Positions 13,921-27,342 of a stretch of 64,000 bases of DNA are shown one piece after another. A program made the translations under genes and the position numbers. Position 1 is the first letter of the stretch. Each line of letters opens with the position of its first letter. The DNA is taken from the NCBI GenBank assembly GCA_002269645.1, contig NIVC01003988.1, forward strand, positions 1 to 64,000, read 5' to 3'. Below the pieces are notes generated by a model. That model searched no databases. It had not been told where the DNA came from and worked only from the letters and a program-made list of their open reading frames with translations. Source of the stretch: Macrostomum lignano. Its lineage: Eukaryota.

Positions 13921-16763
13921 ATGTCATCGGGCAATCAATTCTCAAATTCAATTGACGAGGTTGACGAACTTCAAGCCAACGAGGACCTCTCTAACGTTGG
14001 CAATCTGCCAAGGGCGCCTATATCGGCCCGTCAACAACAGAGAATCAATGATGAGCAATCTGACAGTATGAGAAATCTGCTTATAGTTGAGTATGCTGGC
14101 CGGCCTACGCTATTCATAATTCAGTCTATTGTAGCCCTGCTATGCGCCGCCTGCCTGCTCATACTGTCTATGGCCGTAGTCATCGTACTGCCTCTCATGT
14201 ACTCAGACCCAGACCAGAGTTATCCTATTAGTATTAATTTGCATAACTGCTGGGCTTATGGACTCTGGCTGCCCTTTCTAGTGGTTCCGTGGGCTGTGTT
14301 GATGCTCAAGGCTGCCAAGACTGGGTGGGCCAAATATGTGAGTTTTTTGCTGCCATTTAGTTTGCTTTTATTGTTGTTCTTAGACAGATTGTTGTAACTA
14401 GGATAAGATTTAGGTAGGTTTTGCTGTAATCAGGCCGAGATTTAGGTAGCTTTTGCTGTAATTAGAGTGAGATTTAGGTAGCTTTTGCTGTAATTAGAGT
14501 GAGATTTTGTTGGCTTTTGCTGTAATTATAGTGAGATTTAGGTAGCTTTTGCTGTAATTAGAGTGAGATTTAGGTAGCTTTTGCTGTAATTAGAGTGAGA
14601 TTTAGGTAGCTTTTGCTGTAATAAGGCCGAGATTTAGGTAGCTTTTGCTGTAATTAGAGTGAGATTTAGGTAGCTTTTGCTGTAATTAGAGTGAGATTTT
14701 GTTGGCTTTTGCTGTAATTATAGTGAGATTTAGGTAGCTTTTGCTGTAATTAGAGTGAGATTTAGGTAGCTTTTGCTGTAATTAGAGTGAGATTTAGGTA
14801 GCTTTTGCTGTAATCAGGCCGAGATTTAGGTAGCTTTTGCTGTAATTAGAGTGAGATTTAGGTAGCTTTTGCTGTAATTAGAGTGAGATTTAGGTAGCTT
14901 TTGCTGTAATTAGAGTGAGATTTAGGTAGCTTTTGCTGTAATTATAGTGAGATTTAGGTAGCTTTTGCTGTAATTAGAGTGAGATTTAGGTAGCTTTTGC
15001 TGTAATTAGAGTGAGATTTTGTTGGCTTTTGCTGTAATTAGAGTGAGATTTTGTTGGCTTTTGCTGTAATTAGAGTGAGATTTAGGTAGCTTTTGCTGTA
15101 ATTAGAGTGAGATTTAGGTAGCTTTTGCTGTAATTAGAGTGAGATTTAGGTAGCTTTTGCTGTAATCAGGCCGAGATTTAGGTAGCTTTTGCTGTAATTA
15201 GAGTGAGATTTAGGTAGCTTTTGCTGTAATCAGGCCGAGATTTAGGTAGCTTTTGCTGTAATTAGAGTGAGATTTAGGTAGCTTTTGCTGTAATTAGAGT
15301 GAGATTTAGGTAGCTTTTGCTGTAATTAGAGTGAGATTTAGGTAGCTTTTGCTGTAATTAGAGTGAGATTTAGGTAGCTTTTGCTGTAATTAGAGTGAGA
15401 TTTAGGTAGCTTTTGCTGTAATTAGAGTGAGATTTTGTTGGCTTTTGCTGTAATTAGAGTGAGATTTAGGTAGCTTTTGCTGTAATTAGAGTGAGATTTA
15501 GGTAGCTTTTGCTGTAATTAGAGTGAGATTTTGGTAGCTTTTGCTGTAATCAGGCCGAGATTTAGGTAGCTTTTGCTGTAATTAGAGTGAGATTTAGGTA
15601 GCTTTGTTGTAACTAGGATGAGATTTAGGTAGCTTTTGCTGTAATTAGGATGAGATTTAGGTAGCTTTGTTGTAACTAGGATGAGATTTAGGTAGCTTTG
15701 TTGTAACTAGGATGAGATTTAGGTAGGTTTTGCTGTAATCAGGCCGAGATTTAGGTAGCTTTTGCTGTAATTAGAGTGGGATTTAAGTCGGTTTTGTTGT
15801 AATCAAGCTGAGATTTAGGTAGGTTTGCTGTAATTAGGGTGAGATTTAGGTAGCTTCTGCTGTAATTAGGGTGAGATTTAGGTAGCTTCTGCTGTAATTA
15901 GGGTGAGATTTAGGTATCTTCTGCTGTAATTCTGATTACGGTGCTTTTGCTGTAATTAGGGTAAGATTTAGGTAGGTTTTGCTGTAGTTGGGTAGAGTTT
16001 TAGGTAGCTTAACTTTTTAAACAATTCATGACTAAATAAGCCAAAGATTCGGCAATCAAATTTCAGTTCATCACATTCTACTGTCTGTGCGTCCTCTCCA
16101 CTGTCTGCTGTACAGCTTTGGTGGTTTTGCGTTGTGTCTATTATGCTAGCAGCTGGTATCAGCCGCTTATTGACCAGGCAAACTTGGTGAGTTCTACTAA
16201 CAGACTCACTGACTCACTGACCCACTTACTGAATCAATGAGTTTGGTCTCTTTAGACTCACCGGCACTTCTGACCCACTGACTGACACACTGACACAGTG
16301 TGACTCACTATCATTGATTTACAGTGTGACTCACTATCATTGACCCACAGTGTGACTCACTATCATTGACCCACAGTGTGACTCACTATCATTGACCCAC
16401 AGTGTGACTCACTATCATTGACCCACAGTGTGACCCACTATCATTGACCCACAGTGTGACTCACTATCATTGACCCACAGTGTGTCTCACTATCATTGAC
16501 CCACAGTGTGACCCACTATCATTGACCGATGACTATCTCGCACACACCTCATCAACACTCAATCACCCATCCACCACAATTTGCAGACCTCAAGGCGACA
16601 ATTTGGCATCCAAATCGCTTGCGATGTCATCTGCTCAATCCTGCTATTAGAAGGCTCGACTCTGTTAATAATGTACTTTACCCTGTTCCTTCGCCTTTGT
16701 CGAGAACAGTCAACCAATAATGATGATAGTCTGAGCCGTGACAATCGAAATTGGTTTGTCTAA
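13921..16763 (+). CDS. Four-transmembrane protein, CD20/MS4A-like topology, 3 exons, 237 aa
   Basis: Exons 13921-14337, 16067-16186, 16587-16763 (714 nt, all phase 0, both donors GTGAGT). Four hydrophobic segments; WAYGLWLPF before TM2 resembles the MS4A aromatic/Gly motif. The family call is inference. Confidence 0.7.
14405..16010. repeat. 32-bp minisatellite in intron 1 of the 4-TM gene
   Basis: Unit GAGTGAGATTTAGGTAGCTTTTGCTGTAATTA, about 50 copies. Confidence 0.95.
16290..16530. repeat. 26-bp minisatellite in intron 2 of the 4-TM gene
   Basis: Unit TTGACCCACAGTGTGACTCACTATCA, about 9 copies. Confidence 0.93.
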
Positions 16764-18399
16764 ACAAATTCTTATATAACTGTTTGTAACAAAGCCTCTA
16801 TGATATTTTGCGTTGTTTATACATTGTCGTCCAAATTAATTTGTTTTGCAATAGAGCAATTTATGTATCCGATTTCTATTTTTTTTAAATTATATAGCGT
16901 TGCACTACTAACAGTAGATTGATTTTGTCTTGGCCGATTATTATAAATTGAAGATTTTTTCTGTTACAGAATTCTGAAGGCGTGTGTGTGTGTGTGTGTG
17001 TGTTTGTGCATTAGGCATTTCTTGGGACAAGCGTGTATAAACTGACCCGTGCTATTAGGACCAAAAATGTGTTGGGCCAGGCCCAATAAGTGCGTCCCGA
17101 CACTTCCAAAAATGAATTCTATTGAAATGAAAAAATATTCATTGGAACCGTCTTTCGATTCTCCTTTCAAAAATCAATGTCATTTTTTCATATTTTTAAT
17201 CAAACACGGGGAATCTAATGATTTGCAGTGTCCTAAGAAGTTTAAAAAATTATGCGAACTGATGGTCTGATCCAACAGAACAATTGGGTCTCAAATCGGT
17301 ATTCTCGTTTTATTACAATATTTCTTACAATATCAAGAAAGTCTACTACAAGTAACAGATAGAGGTTCTCCACAGGGCTGCCAATCGACACTTGAAAGGA
17401 TCCTGACATTTGGCATCGTGTTTACTATAAAATATGAAATAATTTAATAAGGATTTAGAATATTACAATCAAGCATACAAACCTTATAGATTTAGTATAT
17501 TTAGATTTTTGCATAGAAACAGCTAGCATCTAAATTCATTAGCTTCCAATTTCACTTATACACGAAACATGGCAAATTAAGGTTACATCCGCCTGTGCCC
17601 TCGGCCATTTTAACTGAAATTCTCGTTTTCAGTCAGCTGCATTAATCTATTTGTCATATGTGAATGGGTATTAACTGACTCAAGTTAGTGACTGGAGGCC
17701 ATTAACGTAAAGTGACACTTTGAGTGAGGTAGTTTTCCGGTGGAAATTCTCACAGTCTTATGAAGCGCTTTTAGAGCAAAGAAATAAAGGGCAAAGAAAA
17801 ACTTTGCATTTCCCGAGAAAACCGAGGACGAGTATTAGAGGGAAACGTTTAATCTCTAAGGCTTTAAATGACTTCCTTATTGGCCTGGGTTTGGGCAGCT
17901 ATACTATGTAGCAAAATTTTTCCTAGAATTATGATAATTATCGTCTGGTATACTGAAATGTACTGAGATACGAAGAAACTTAAGATGACTGCATGGACTG
18001 CTAGCACATGTTTGAGTGTCACTGTCACTGTAAAGTCGAAATCGATGACTAGTTGGCCCAAAACTAACTACTAGGCCTTCCTGGAAAACAATTCTGCTTA
18101 TCTTGGATCGTAAAGATAAACCCACGTACAGTGCAGAAGTGTTAGGACAAGCGTGTACAAGACCCAGGCAATCCCTTACCCAGGCCACGCGTACATTCCT
18201 ATCGCGGCGGGGGAAGCGGGGAGGAGAGGCGGGCGCAAGGGAGTCGGGATAAAGTTTACACTGAAGTTGAGGCCTACAAGAGGAAGAGCCAATTCTAACG
18301 GAAAGGTACATGTAGAAGTTCCCTTTGACAAAAGGCGTACTGGCGGTACTGCATATGTTCAAACGAATATAATTCATTTACGAGACCTGCACTACACAG

Positions 18400-19250
18400 A
18401 CAAAATGTGCCACGTCACAAGAGTTTCCATGCATGACCTGGCATGAAAAGACTTGGCTAGGAACCATTACACATATGTAAGTAGAATTTAAAATTCTTTT
18501 TAAAATTTTATGATTAAATAAAAACTTAACTGGAATTTACATATGTACTTTTCTAAAATTCCAGATACGTTGATATCGATAAGCTACCGTTTTCTTCTAT
18601 AACAAACAGATTTGCCTTCATTGTCAAGTAAGTCTTGTCTCGTACTCGTATATGTCGTATTTTTGTACGTTGAAAAAAATAATTAGCAGCCTAGTAATAC
18701 TCTGAGCTCAGTGAAATATAAGAGAGGCGGCACGATCACCTTATTTATCAATTAATTTACAACAGCACTACACAGCACTCATAAGTAGGCAAAATTTACA
18801 CTTCTAGGAAGAACAAATTTTACTAAAAGTTTCAATCAAAACATTTAGGAAAGAAATCTCGCATGACACATCGCCCACAGTACTAGAGACTTGGAGAAAT
18901 ACCATGTGAGTTTGCTGGGCAACTAATATAATATATTACTGTTATAATTCGATAGTCAAATTATTTTTCTACTCAAAGCAGTATTATTACATAACTAAAG
19001 AACAGTATAAAATGACAGCATTCTAGAACGAGAAACAAAGCTTACTGCAAAGGCAAACGCCGAAAGAAAAGCAGGGCAGAGTCAGCAACAAAAAAGAAGC
19101 TCATCTGATTGGGAAGATGGGCGGTCAGCAAAGAGATAGGATCTCAGAAAATTGCAACTCCCAGTAACTGAAACTTAATTGCAATATGTGTTTTGTTTTC
19201 TAGGGCATTATTAAAACAAGCAAGCCTGCCTGCAGTCAGCTAAGGGCAAA
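18400..19250 (+). other. Cluster of candidate small exons upstream of the tandem array (unknown gene, pseudogene or lncRNA)
   Basis: Consensus donors GTAAGT at 18477, 18628 and 19251, GTGAGT at 18906. Candidate exons 18400-18476, 18565-18627, 18808-18905, 19019-19163, 19204-19250. In-frame TAG at 19137; the frame cannot be joined end to end. Confidence 0.35.
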
Positions 19251-19468
19251 GTAAGTTGCTGCGGCACTATCGAGAAAGTGAAATTTGTACATACTCCATC
19301 TAACTGACACAAGCAGCACCGTTGGGACAAACTACGAGTATTTTAATTGTACAGTAAAATTTCATTGACAATGAAGCATTTATTAGAACAGCGACATTTA
19401 AATCTGTTTTCAAACAAATCAAACAGATTTCTCAATAAGTGATTTTTCTTTTGTGCGCTCACGCACAG

Positions 19469-20150
19469 GTTCGTCCGCATTCAAACTCGCCACTGCATCC
19501 GTCATTTATTTCACTTGCTGCTCACAAGCCGCAGCAGCAGCCGCTATCCGTGCAGGCAGTCAGTCTATTTGTGAATTTTCTGGTGGATCTGAAGAAAACC
19601 CGTCCGGCACAGGATTAAAGAGAAAGAGACGATCTGTTTTGGGTGAGTATTATCTGCTGTAGAAGTATTGTACACCAGAGTACTTGTGTTACTTGGTAGA
19701 GCACAATTCAAAAGCAATGCAACAATCTCAGTGGCATTGTTGGGACACAAGCTACAAACGCAATGAATAGTAAACACAGCCCAGCCTAGCTCAAGGCTAG
19801 TAATTTGTTGGGCATTTATTGGGACATTGCAGCCAGGCCTATTTTTTGAACAGCATTTGTTGGGTCGCACTTATTGGGACAATACTGATTCTAATCGCGA
19901 CTACTTCTGAGTTCTGACTTTTCAAAACAGACCCAGCATTAGTTGAACACGTTCTATTAAAGGGTTCCTTTATAGCCTATTAATGATTACTAAGGCAAGC
20001 CTATCTTAATTGATTTCTTTTCCTCGCAGATTCTGAAGTCAGCCACGCCAGCGACATGCCTAAGAGACAAGAATGCGCTTTAACGATCAGCAGCGAGCAT
20101 TCTGATCTCGCCGCTGCATCCGTCATTTGGTTCACTTGCTGCTCACAAGC

Positions 20151-20186
<36 letters not shown>

Positions 20187-20788
20187 GCTATCCGTGCAGG
20201 CAGTCAGTCTATTTGTGAATTTTCTGGTGGATCTGAAGAAAACCCGTCCGGCACAGGATTAAAGAGAAAGAGACGATCTGTTTTGGGTGAGTATTATCTG
20301 CTGTAGAAGTATTGTACACCAGAGTACTTGTGTTACTTGGTAGAGCACAATTCAAAAGCAATGCAACAATCTCAGTGGCATTGTTGGGACACAAGCTACA
20401 AACGCAATGAATAGTAAACACAGCCCAGCCTAGCTCAAGGCTAGTAATTTGTTGGGCATTTATTGGGACATTGCAGCCAGGCCTATTTTTTGAACAGCAT
20501 TTGTTGGGTCGCACTTATTGGGACAATACTGATTCTAATCGCGACTACTTCTGAGTTCTGACTTTTCAAAACAGACCCAGCATTAGTTGAACACGTTCTA
20601 TTAAAGGGTTCCTTTATAGCCTATTAATGATTACTAAAGGCAAGCCTATCTTAATTGATTTCTTTTCCTCGCAGATTCTGAAGTCAGCCACGCCAGCGAC
20701 ATGCCTAAGAGACAAGAATGCGCTTTAACGATCAGCAGCGAGCATTCTGATCTCGCCGCTGCATCCGTCATTTGGTTCACTTGCTGCT

Positions 20789-20855
<67 letters not shown>

Positions 20856-21457
20856 CTATCCGTGCAGGCAGTCAGTCTATTTGTGAATTTTCTGGTGGAT
20901 CTGAAGAAAACCCGTCCGGCACAGGATTAAAGAGAAAGAGACGATCTGTTTTGGGTGAGTATTATCTGCTGTAGAAGTATTGTACACCAGAGTACTTGTG
21001 TTACTTGGTAGAGCACAATTCAAAAGCAATGCAACAATCTCAGTGGCATTGTTGGGACACAAGCTACAAACGCAATGAATAGTAAACACAGCCCAGCCTA
21101 GCTCAAGGCTAGTAATTTGTTGGGCATTTATTGGGACATTGCAGCCAGGCCTATTTTTTGAACAGCATTTGTTGGGTCGCACTTATTGGGACAATACTGA
21201 TTCTAATCGCGACTACTTCTGAGTTCTGACTTTTCAAAACAGACCCAGCATTAGTTGAACACGTTCTATTAAAGGGTTCCTTTATAGCCTATTAATGATT
21301 ACTAAGCAAGCCTATCTTAATTGATTTCTTTTCCTCGCAGATTCTGAAGTCAGCCACGCCAGCGACATGCCTAAGAGACAAGAATGCGCTTTAACGATCA
21401 GCAGCGAGCATTCTGATCTCGCCGCTGCATCCGTCATTTGGTTCACTTGCTGCTCAC

Positions 21458-21498
<41 letters not shown>

Positions 21499-22108
21499 GC
21501 TATCCGTGCAGGCAGTCAGTCTATTTGTGAATTTTCTGGTGGATCTGAAGAAAACCCGTCCGGCACAGGATTAAAGAGAAAGAGACGATCTGTTTTGGGT
21601 GAGTATTATCTGCTGTAGAAGTATTGTACACCAGAGTACTTGTGTTACTTGGTAGAGCACAATTCAAAAGCAATGCAACAATCTCAGTGGCATTGTTGGG
21701 ACACAAGCTACAAACGCAATGAATAGTAAACACAGCCCAGCCTAGCTCAAGGCTAGTAATTTGTTGGGCATTTATTGGGACATTGCAGCCAGGCCTATTT
21801 TTTGAACAGCATTTGTTGGGTCGCACTTATTGGGACAATACTGATTCTAATCGCGACTACTTCTGAGTTCTGACTTTTCAAAACAGACCCAGCATTAGTT
21901 GAACACGTTCTATTAAAGGGTTCCTTTATAGCCTATTAATGATTACTAAAGGCAAGCCTATCTTAATTGATTTCTTTTCCTCGCAGATTCTGAAGTCAGC
22001 CACGCCAGCGACATGCCTAAGAGACAAGAATGCGCTTTAACGATCAGCAGCGAGCATTCTGATCTCGCCGCTGCATCCGTCATTTGGTTCACTTGCTGCT
22101 CACAAGCC

Positions 22109-22147
<39 letters not shown>

Positions 22148-22756
22148 GCTATCCGTGCAGGCAGTCAGTCTATTTGTGAATTTTCTGGTGGATCTGAAGA
22201 AAACCCGTCCGGCACAGGATTAAAGAGAAAGAGACGATCTGTTTTGGGTGAGTATTATCTGCTGTAGAAGTATTGTACACCAGAGTACTTGTGTTACTTG
22301 GTAGAGCACAATTCAAAAGCAATGCAACAATCTCAGTGGCATTGTTGGGACACAAGCTACAAACGCAATGAATAGTAAACACAGCCCAGCCTAGCTCAAG
22401 GCTAGTAATTTGTTGGGCATTTATTGGGACATTGCAGCCAGGCCTATTTTTTGAACAGCATTTGTTGGGTCGCACTTATTGGGACAATACTGATTCTAAT
22501 CGCGACTACTTCTGAGTTCTGACTTTTCAAAACAGACCCAGCATTAGTTGAACACGTTCTATTAAAGGGTTCCTTTATAGCCTATTAATGATTACTAAGG
22601 CAAGCCTATCTTAATTGATTTCTTTTCCTCGCAGATTCTGAAGTCAGCCACGCCAGCGACATGCCTAAGAGACAAGAATGCGCTTTAACGATCAGCAGCG
22701 AGCATTCTGATCTCGCCGCTGCATCCGTCATTTGGTTCACTTGCTGCTCACAAGCC

Positions 22757-22801
<45 letters not shown>

Positions 22802-23408
22802 GCTATCCGTGCAGGCAGTCAGTCTATTTGTGAATTTTCTGGTGGATCTGAAGAAAACCCGTCCGGCACAGGATTAAAGAGAAAGAGACGATCTGTTTTG
22901 GGTGAGTATTATCTGCTGTAGAAGTATTGTACACCAGAGTACTTGTGTTACTTGGTAGAGCACAATTCAAAAGCAATGCAACAATCTCAGTGGCATTGTT
23001 GGGACACAAGCTACAAACGCAATGAATAGTAAACACAGCCCAGCCTAGCTCAAGGCTAGTAATTTGTTGGGCATTTATTGGGACATTGCAGCCAGGCCTA
23101 TTTTTTGAACAGCATTTGTTGGGTCGCACTTATTGGGACAATACTGATTCTAATCGCGACTACTTCTGAGTTCTGACTTTTCAAAACAGACCCAGCATTA
23201 GTTGAACACGTTCTATTAAAGGGTTCCTTTATAGCCTATTAATGATTACTAAGGCAAGCCTATCTTAATTGATTTCTTTTCCTCGCAGATTCTGAAGTCA
23301 GCCACGCCAGCGACATGCCTAAGAGACAAGAATGCGCTTTAACGATCAGCAGCGAGCATTCTGATCTCGCCGCTGCATCCGTCATTTGGTTCACTTGCTG
23401 CTCACAAG

Positions 23409-23453
<45 letters not shown>

Positions 23454-24070
23454 GCTATCCGTGCAGGCAGTCAGTCTATTTGTGAATTTTCTGGTGGATC
23501 TGAAGAAAACCCGTCCGGCACAGGATTAAAGAGAAAGAGACGATCTGTTTTGGGTGAGTATTATCTGCTGTAGAAGTATTGTACACCAGAGTACTTGTGT
23601 TACTTGGTAGAGCACAATTCAAAAGCAATGCAACAATCTCAGTGGCATTGTTGGGACACAAGCTACAAACGCAATGAATAGTAAACACAGCCCAGCCTAG
23701 CTCAAGGCTAGTAATTTGTTGGGCATTTATTGGGACATTGCAGCCAGGCCTATTTTTTGAACAGCATTTGTTGGGTCGCACTTATTGGGACAATACTGAT
23801 TCTAATCGCGACTACTTCTGAGTTCTGACTTTTCAAAACAGACCCAGCATTAGTTGAACACGTTCTATTAAAGGGTTCCTTTATAGCCTATTAATGATTA
23901 CTAAAGCAAGCCTATCTTAATTGATTTCTTTTCCTCGCAGATTCTGAAGTCAGCCACGCCAGCGACATGCCTAAGAGACAAGAATGCGCTTTAACGATCA
24001 GCAGCGAGCATTCTGATCTCGCCGCTGCATCCGTCATTTGGTTCACTTGCTGCTCACAAGCCGCAGCAGC

Positions 24071-24103
<33 letters not shown>

Positions 24104-24706
24104 GCTATCCGTGCAGGCAGTCAGTCTATTTGTGAATTTTCTGGTGGATCTGAAGAAAACCCGTCCGGCACAGGATTAAAGAGAAAGAGACGATCTGTTT
24201 TGGGTGAGTATTATCTGCTGTAGAAGTATTGTACACCAGAGTACTTGTGTTACTTGGTAGAGCACAATTCAAAAGCAATGCAACAATCTCAGTGGCATTG
24301 TTGGGACACAAGCTACAAACGCAATGAATAGTAAACACAGCCCAGCCTAGCTCAAGGCTAGTAATTTGTTGGGCATTTATTGGGACATTGCAGCCAGGCC
24401 TATTTTTTGAACAGCATTTGTTGGGTCGCACTTATTGGGACAATACTGATTCTAATCGCGACTACTTCTGAGTTCTGACTTTTCAAAACAGACCCAGCAT
24501 TAGTTGAACACGTTCTATTAAAGGGTTCCTTTATAGCCTATTAATGATTACTAAAGCAAGCCTATCTTAATTGATTTCTTTTCCTCGCAGATTCTGAAGT
24601 CAGCCACGCCAGCGACATGCCTAAGAGACAAGAATGCGCTTTAACGATCAGCAGCGAGCATTCTGATCTCGCCGCTGCATCCGTCATTTGGTTCACTTGC
24701 TGCTCA

Positions 24707-24756
<50 letters not shown>

Positions 24757-25366
24757 GCTATCCGTGCAGGCAGTCAGTCTATTTGTGAATTTTCTGGTGG
24801 ATCTGAAGAAAACCCGTCCGGCACAGGATTAAAGAGAAAGAGACGATCTGTTTTGGGTGAGTATTATCTGCTGTAGAAGTATTGTACACCAGAGTACTTG
24901 TGTTACTTGGTAGAGCACAATTCAAAAGCAATGCAACAATCTCAGTGGCATTGTTGGGACACAAGCTACAAACGCAATGAATAGTAAACACAGCCCAGCC
25001 TAGCTCAAGGCTAGTAATTTGTTGGGCATTTATTGGGACATTGCAGCCAGGCCTATTTTTTGAACAGCATTTGTTGGGTCGCACTTATTGGGACAATACT
25101 GATTCTAATCGCGACTACTTCTGAGTTCTGACTTTTCAAAACAGACCCAGCATTAGTTGAACACGTTCTATTAAAGGGTTCCTTTATAGCCTATTAATGA
25201 TTACTAAAGCAAGCCTATCTTAATTGATTTCTTTTCCTCGCAGATTCTGAAGTCAGCCACGCCAGCGACATGCCTAAGAGACAAGAATGCGCTTTAACGA
25301 TCAGCAGCGAGCATTCTGATCTCGCCGCTGCATCCGTCATTTGGTTCACTTGCTGCTCAGCAAGCC

Positions 25367-25399
<33 letters not shown>

Positions 25400-26002
25400 G
25401 CTATCCGTGCAGGCAGTCAGTCTATTTGTGAATTTTCTGGTGGATCTGAAGAAAACCCGTCCGGCACAGGATTAAAGAGAAAGAGACGATCTGTTTTGGG
25501 TGAGTATTATCTGCTGTAGAAGTATTGTACACCAGAGTACTTGTGTTACTTGGTAGAGCACAATTCAAAAGCAATGCAACAATCTCAGTGGCATTGTTGG
25601 GACACAAGCTACAAACGCAATGAATAGTAAACACAGCCCAGCCTAGCTCAAGGCTAGTAATTTGTTGGGCATTTATTGGGACATTGCAGCCAGGCCTATT
25701 TTTTGAACAGCATTTGTTGGGTCGCACTTATTGGGACAATACTGATTCTAATCGCGACTACTTCTGAGTTCTGACTTTTCAAAACAGACCCAGCATTAGT
25801 TGAACACGTTCTATTAAAGGGTTCCTTTATAGCCTATTAATGATTACTAAAGCAAGCCTATCTTAATTGATTTCTTTTCCTCGCAGATTCTGAAGTCAGC
25901 ACGCCAGCGACATGCCTAAGAGACAAGAATGCGCTTTAACGATCAGCAGCGAGCATTCTGATCTCGCCGCTGCATCCGTCATTTGGTTCACTTGCTGCTC
26001 AC

Positions 26003-26049
<47 letters not shown>

Positions 26050-26657
26050 CTATCCGTGCAGGCAGTCAGTCTATTTGTGAATTTTCTGGTGGATCTGAAG
26101 AAAACCCGTCCGGCACAGGATTAAAGAGAAAGAGACGATCTGTTTTGGGTGAGTATTATCTGCTGTAGAAGTATTGTACACCAGAGTACTTGTGTTACTT
26201 GGTAGAGCACAATTCAAAAGCAATGCAACAATCTCAGTGGCATTGTTGGGACACAAGCTACAAACGCAATGAATAGTAAACACAGCCCAGCCTAGCTCAA
26301 GGCTAGTAATTTGTTGGGCATTTATTGGGACATTGCAGCCAGGCCTATTTTTTGAACAGCATTTGTTGGGTCGCACTTATTGGGACAATACTGATTCTAA
26401 TCGCGACTACTTCTGAGTTCTGACTTTTCAAAACAGACCCAGCATTAGTTGAACACGTTCTATTAAAGGGTTCCTTTATAGCCTATTAATGATTACTAAA
26501 GCAAGCCTATCTTAATTGATTTCTTTTCCTCGCAGATTCTGAAGTCAGCCACGCCAGCGACATGCCTAAGAGACAAGAATGCGCTTTAACGATCAGCAGC
26601 GAGCATTCTGATCTCGCCGCTGCATCCGTCATTTGGTTCACTTGCTGCTCACAACAG

Positions 26658-26699
<42 letters not shown>

Positions 26700-27301
26700 G
26701 CTATCCGTGCAGGCAGTCAGTCTATTTGTGAATTTTCTGGTGGATCTGAAGAAAACCCGTCCGGCACAGGATTAAAGAGAAAGAGACGATCTGTTTTGGG
26801 TGAGTATTATCTGCTGTAGAAGTATTGTACACCAGAGTACTTGTGTTACTTGGTAGAGCACAATTCAAAAGCAATGCAACAATCTCAGTGGCATTGTTGG
26901 GACACAAGCTACAAACGCAATGAATAGTAAACACAGCCCAGCCTAGCTCAAGGCTAGTAATTTGTTGGGCATTTATTGGGACATTGCAGCCAGGCCTATT
27001 TTTTGAACAGCATTTGTTGGGTCGCACTTATTGGGACAATACTGATTCTAATCGCGACTACTTCTGAGTTCTGACTTTTCAAAACAGACCCAGCATTAGT
27101 TGAACACGTTCTATTAAAGGGTTCCTTTATAGCCTATTAATGATTACTAAAGCAAGCCTATCTTAATTGATTTCTTTTCCTCGCAGATTCTGAAGTCAGC
27201 CACGCCAGCGACATGCCTAAGAGACAAGAATGCGCTTTAACGATCAGCAGCGAGCATTCTGATCTCGCCGCTGCATCCGTCATTTGGTTCACTTGCTGCT
27301 C

Positions 27302-27342
<41 letters not shown>

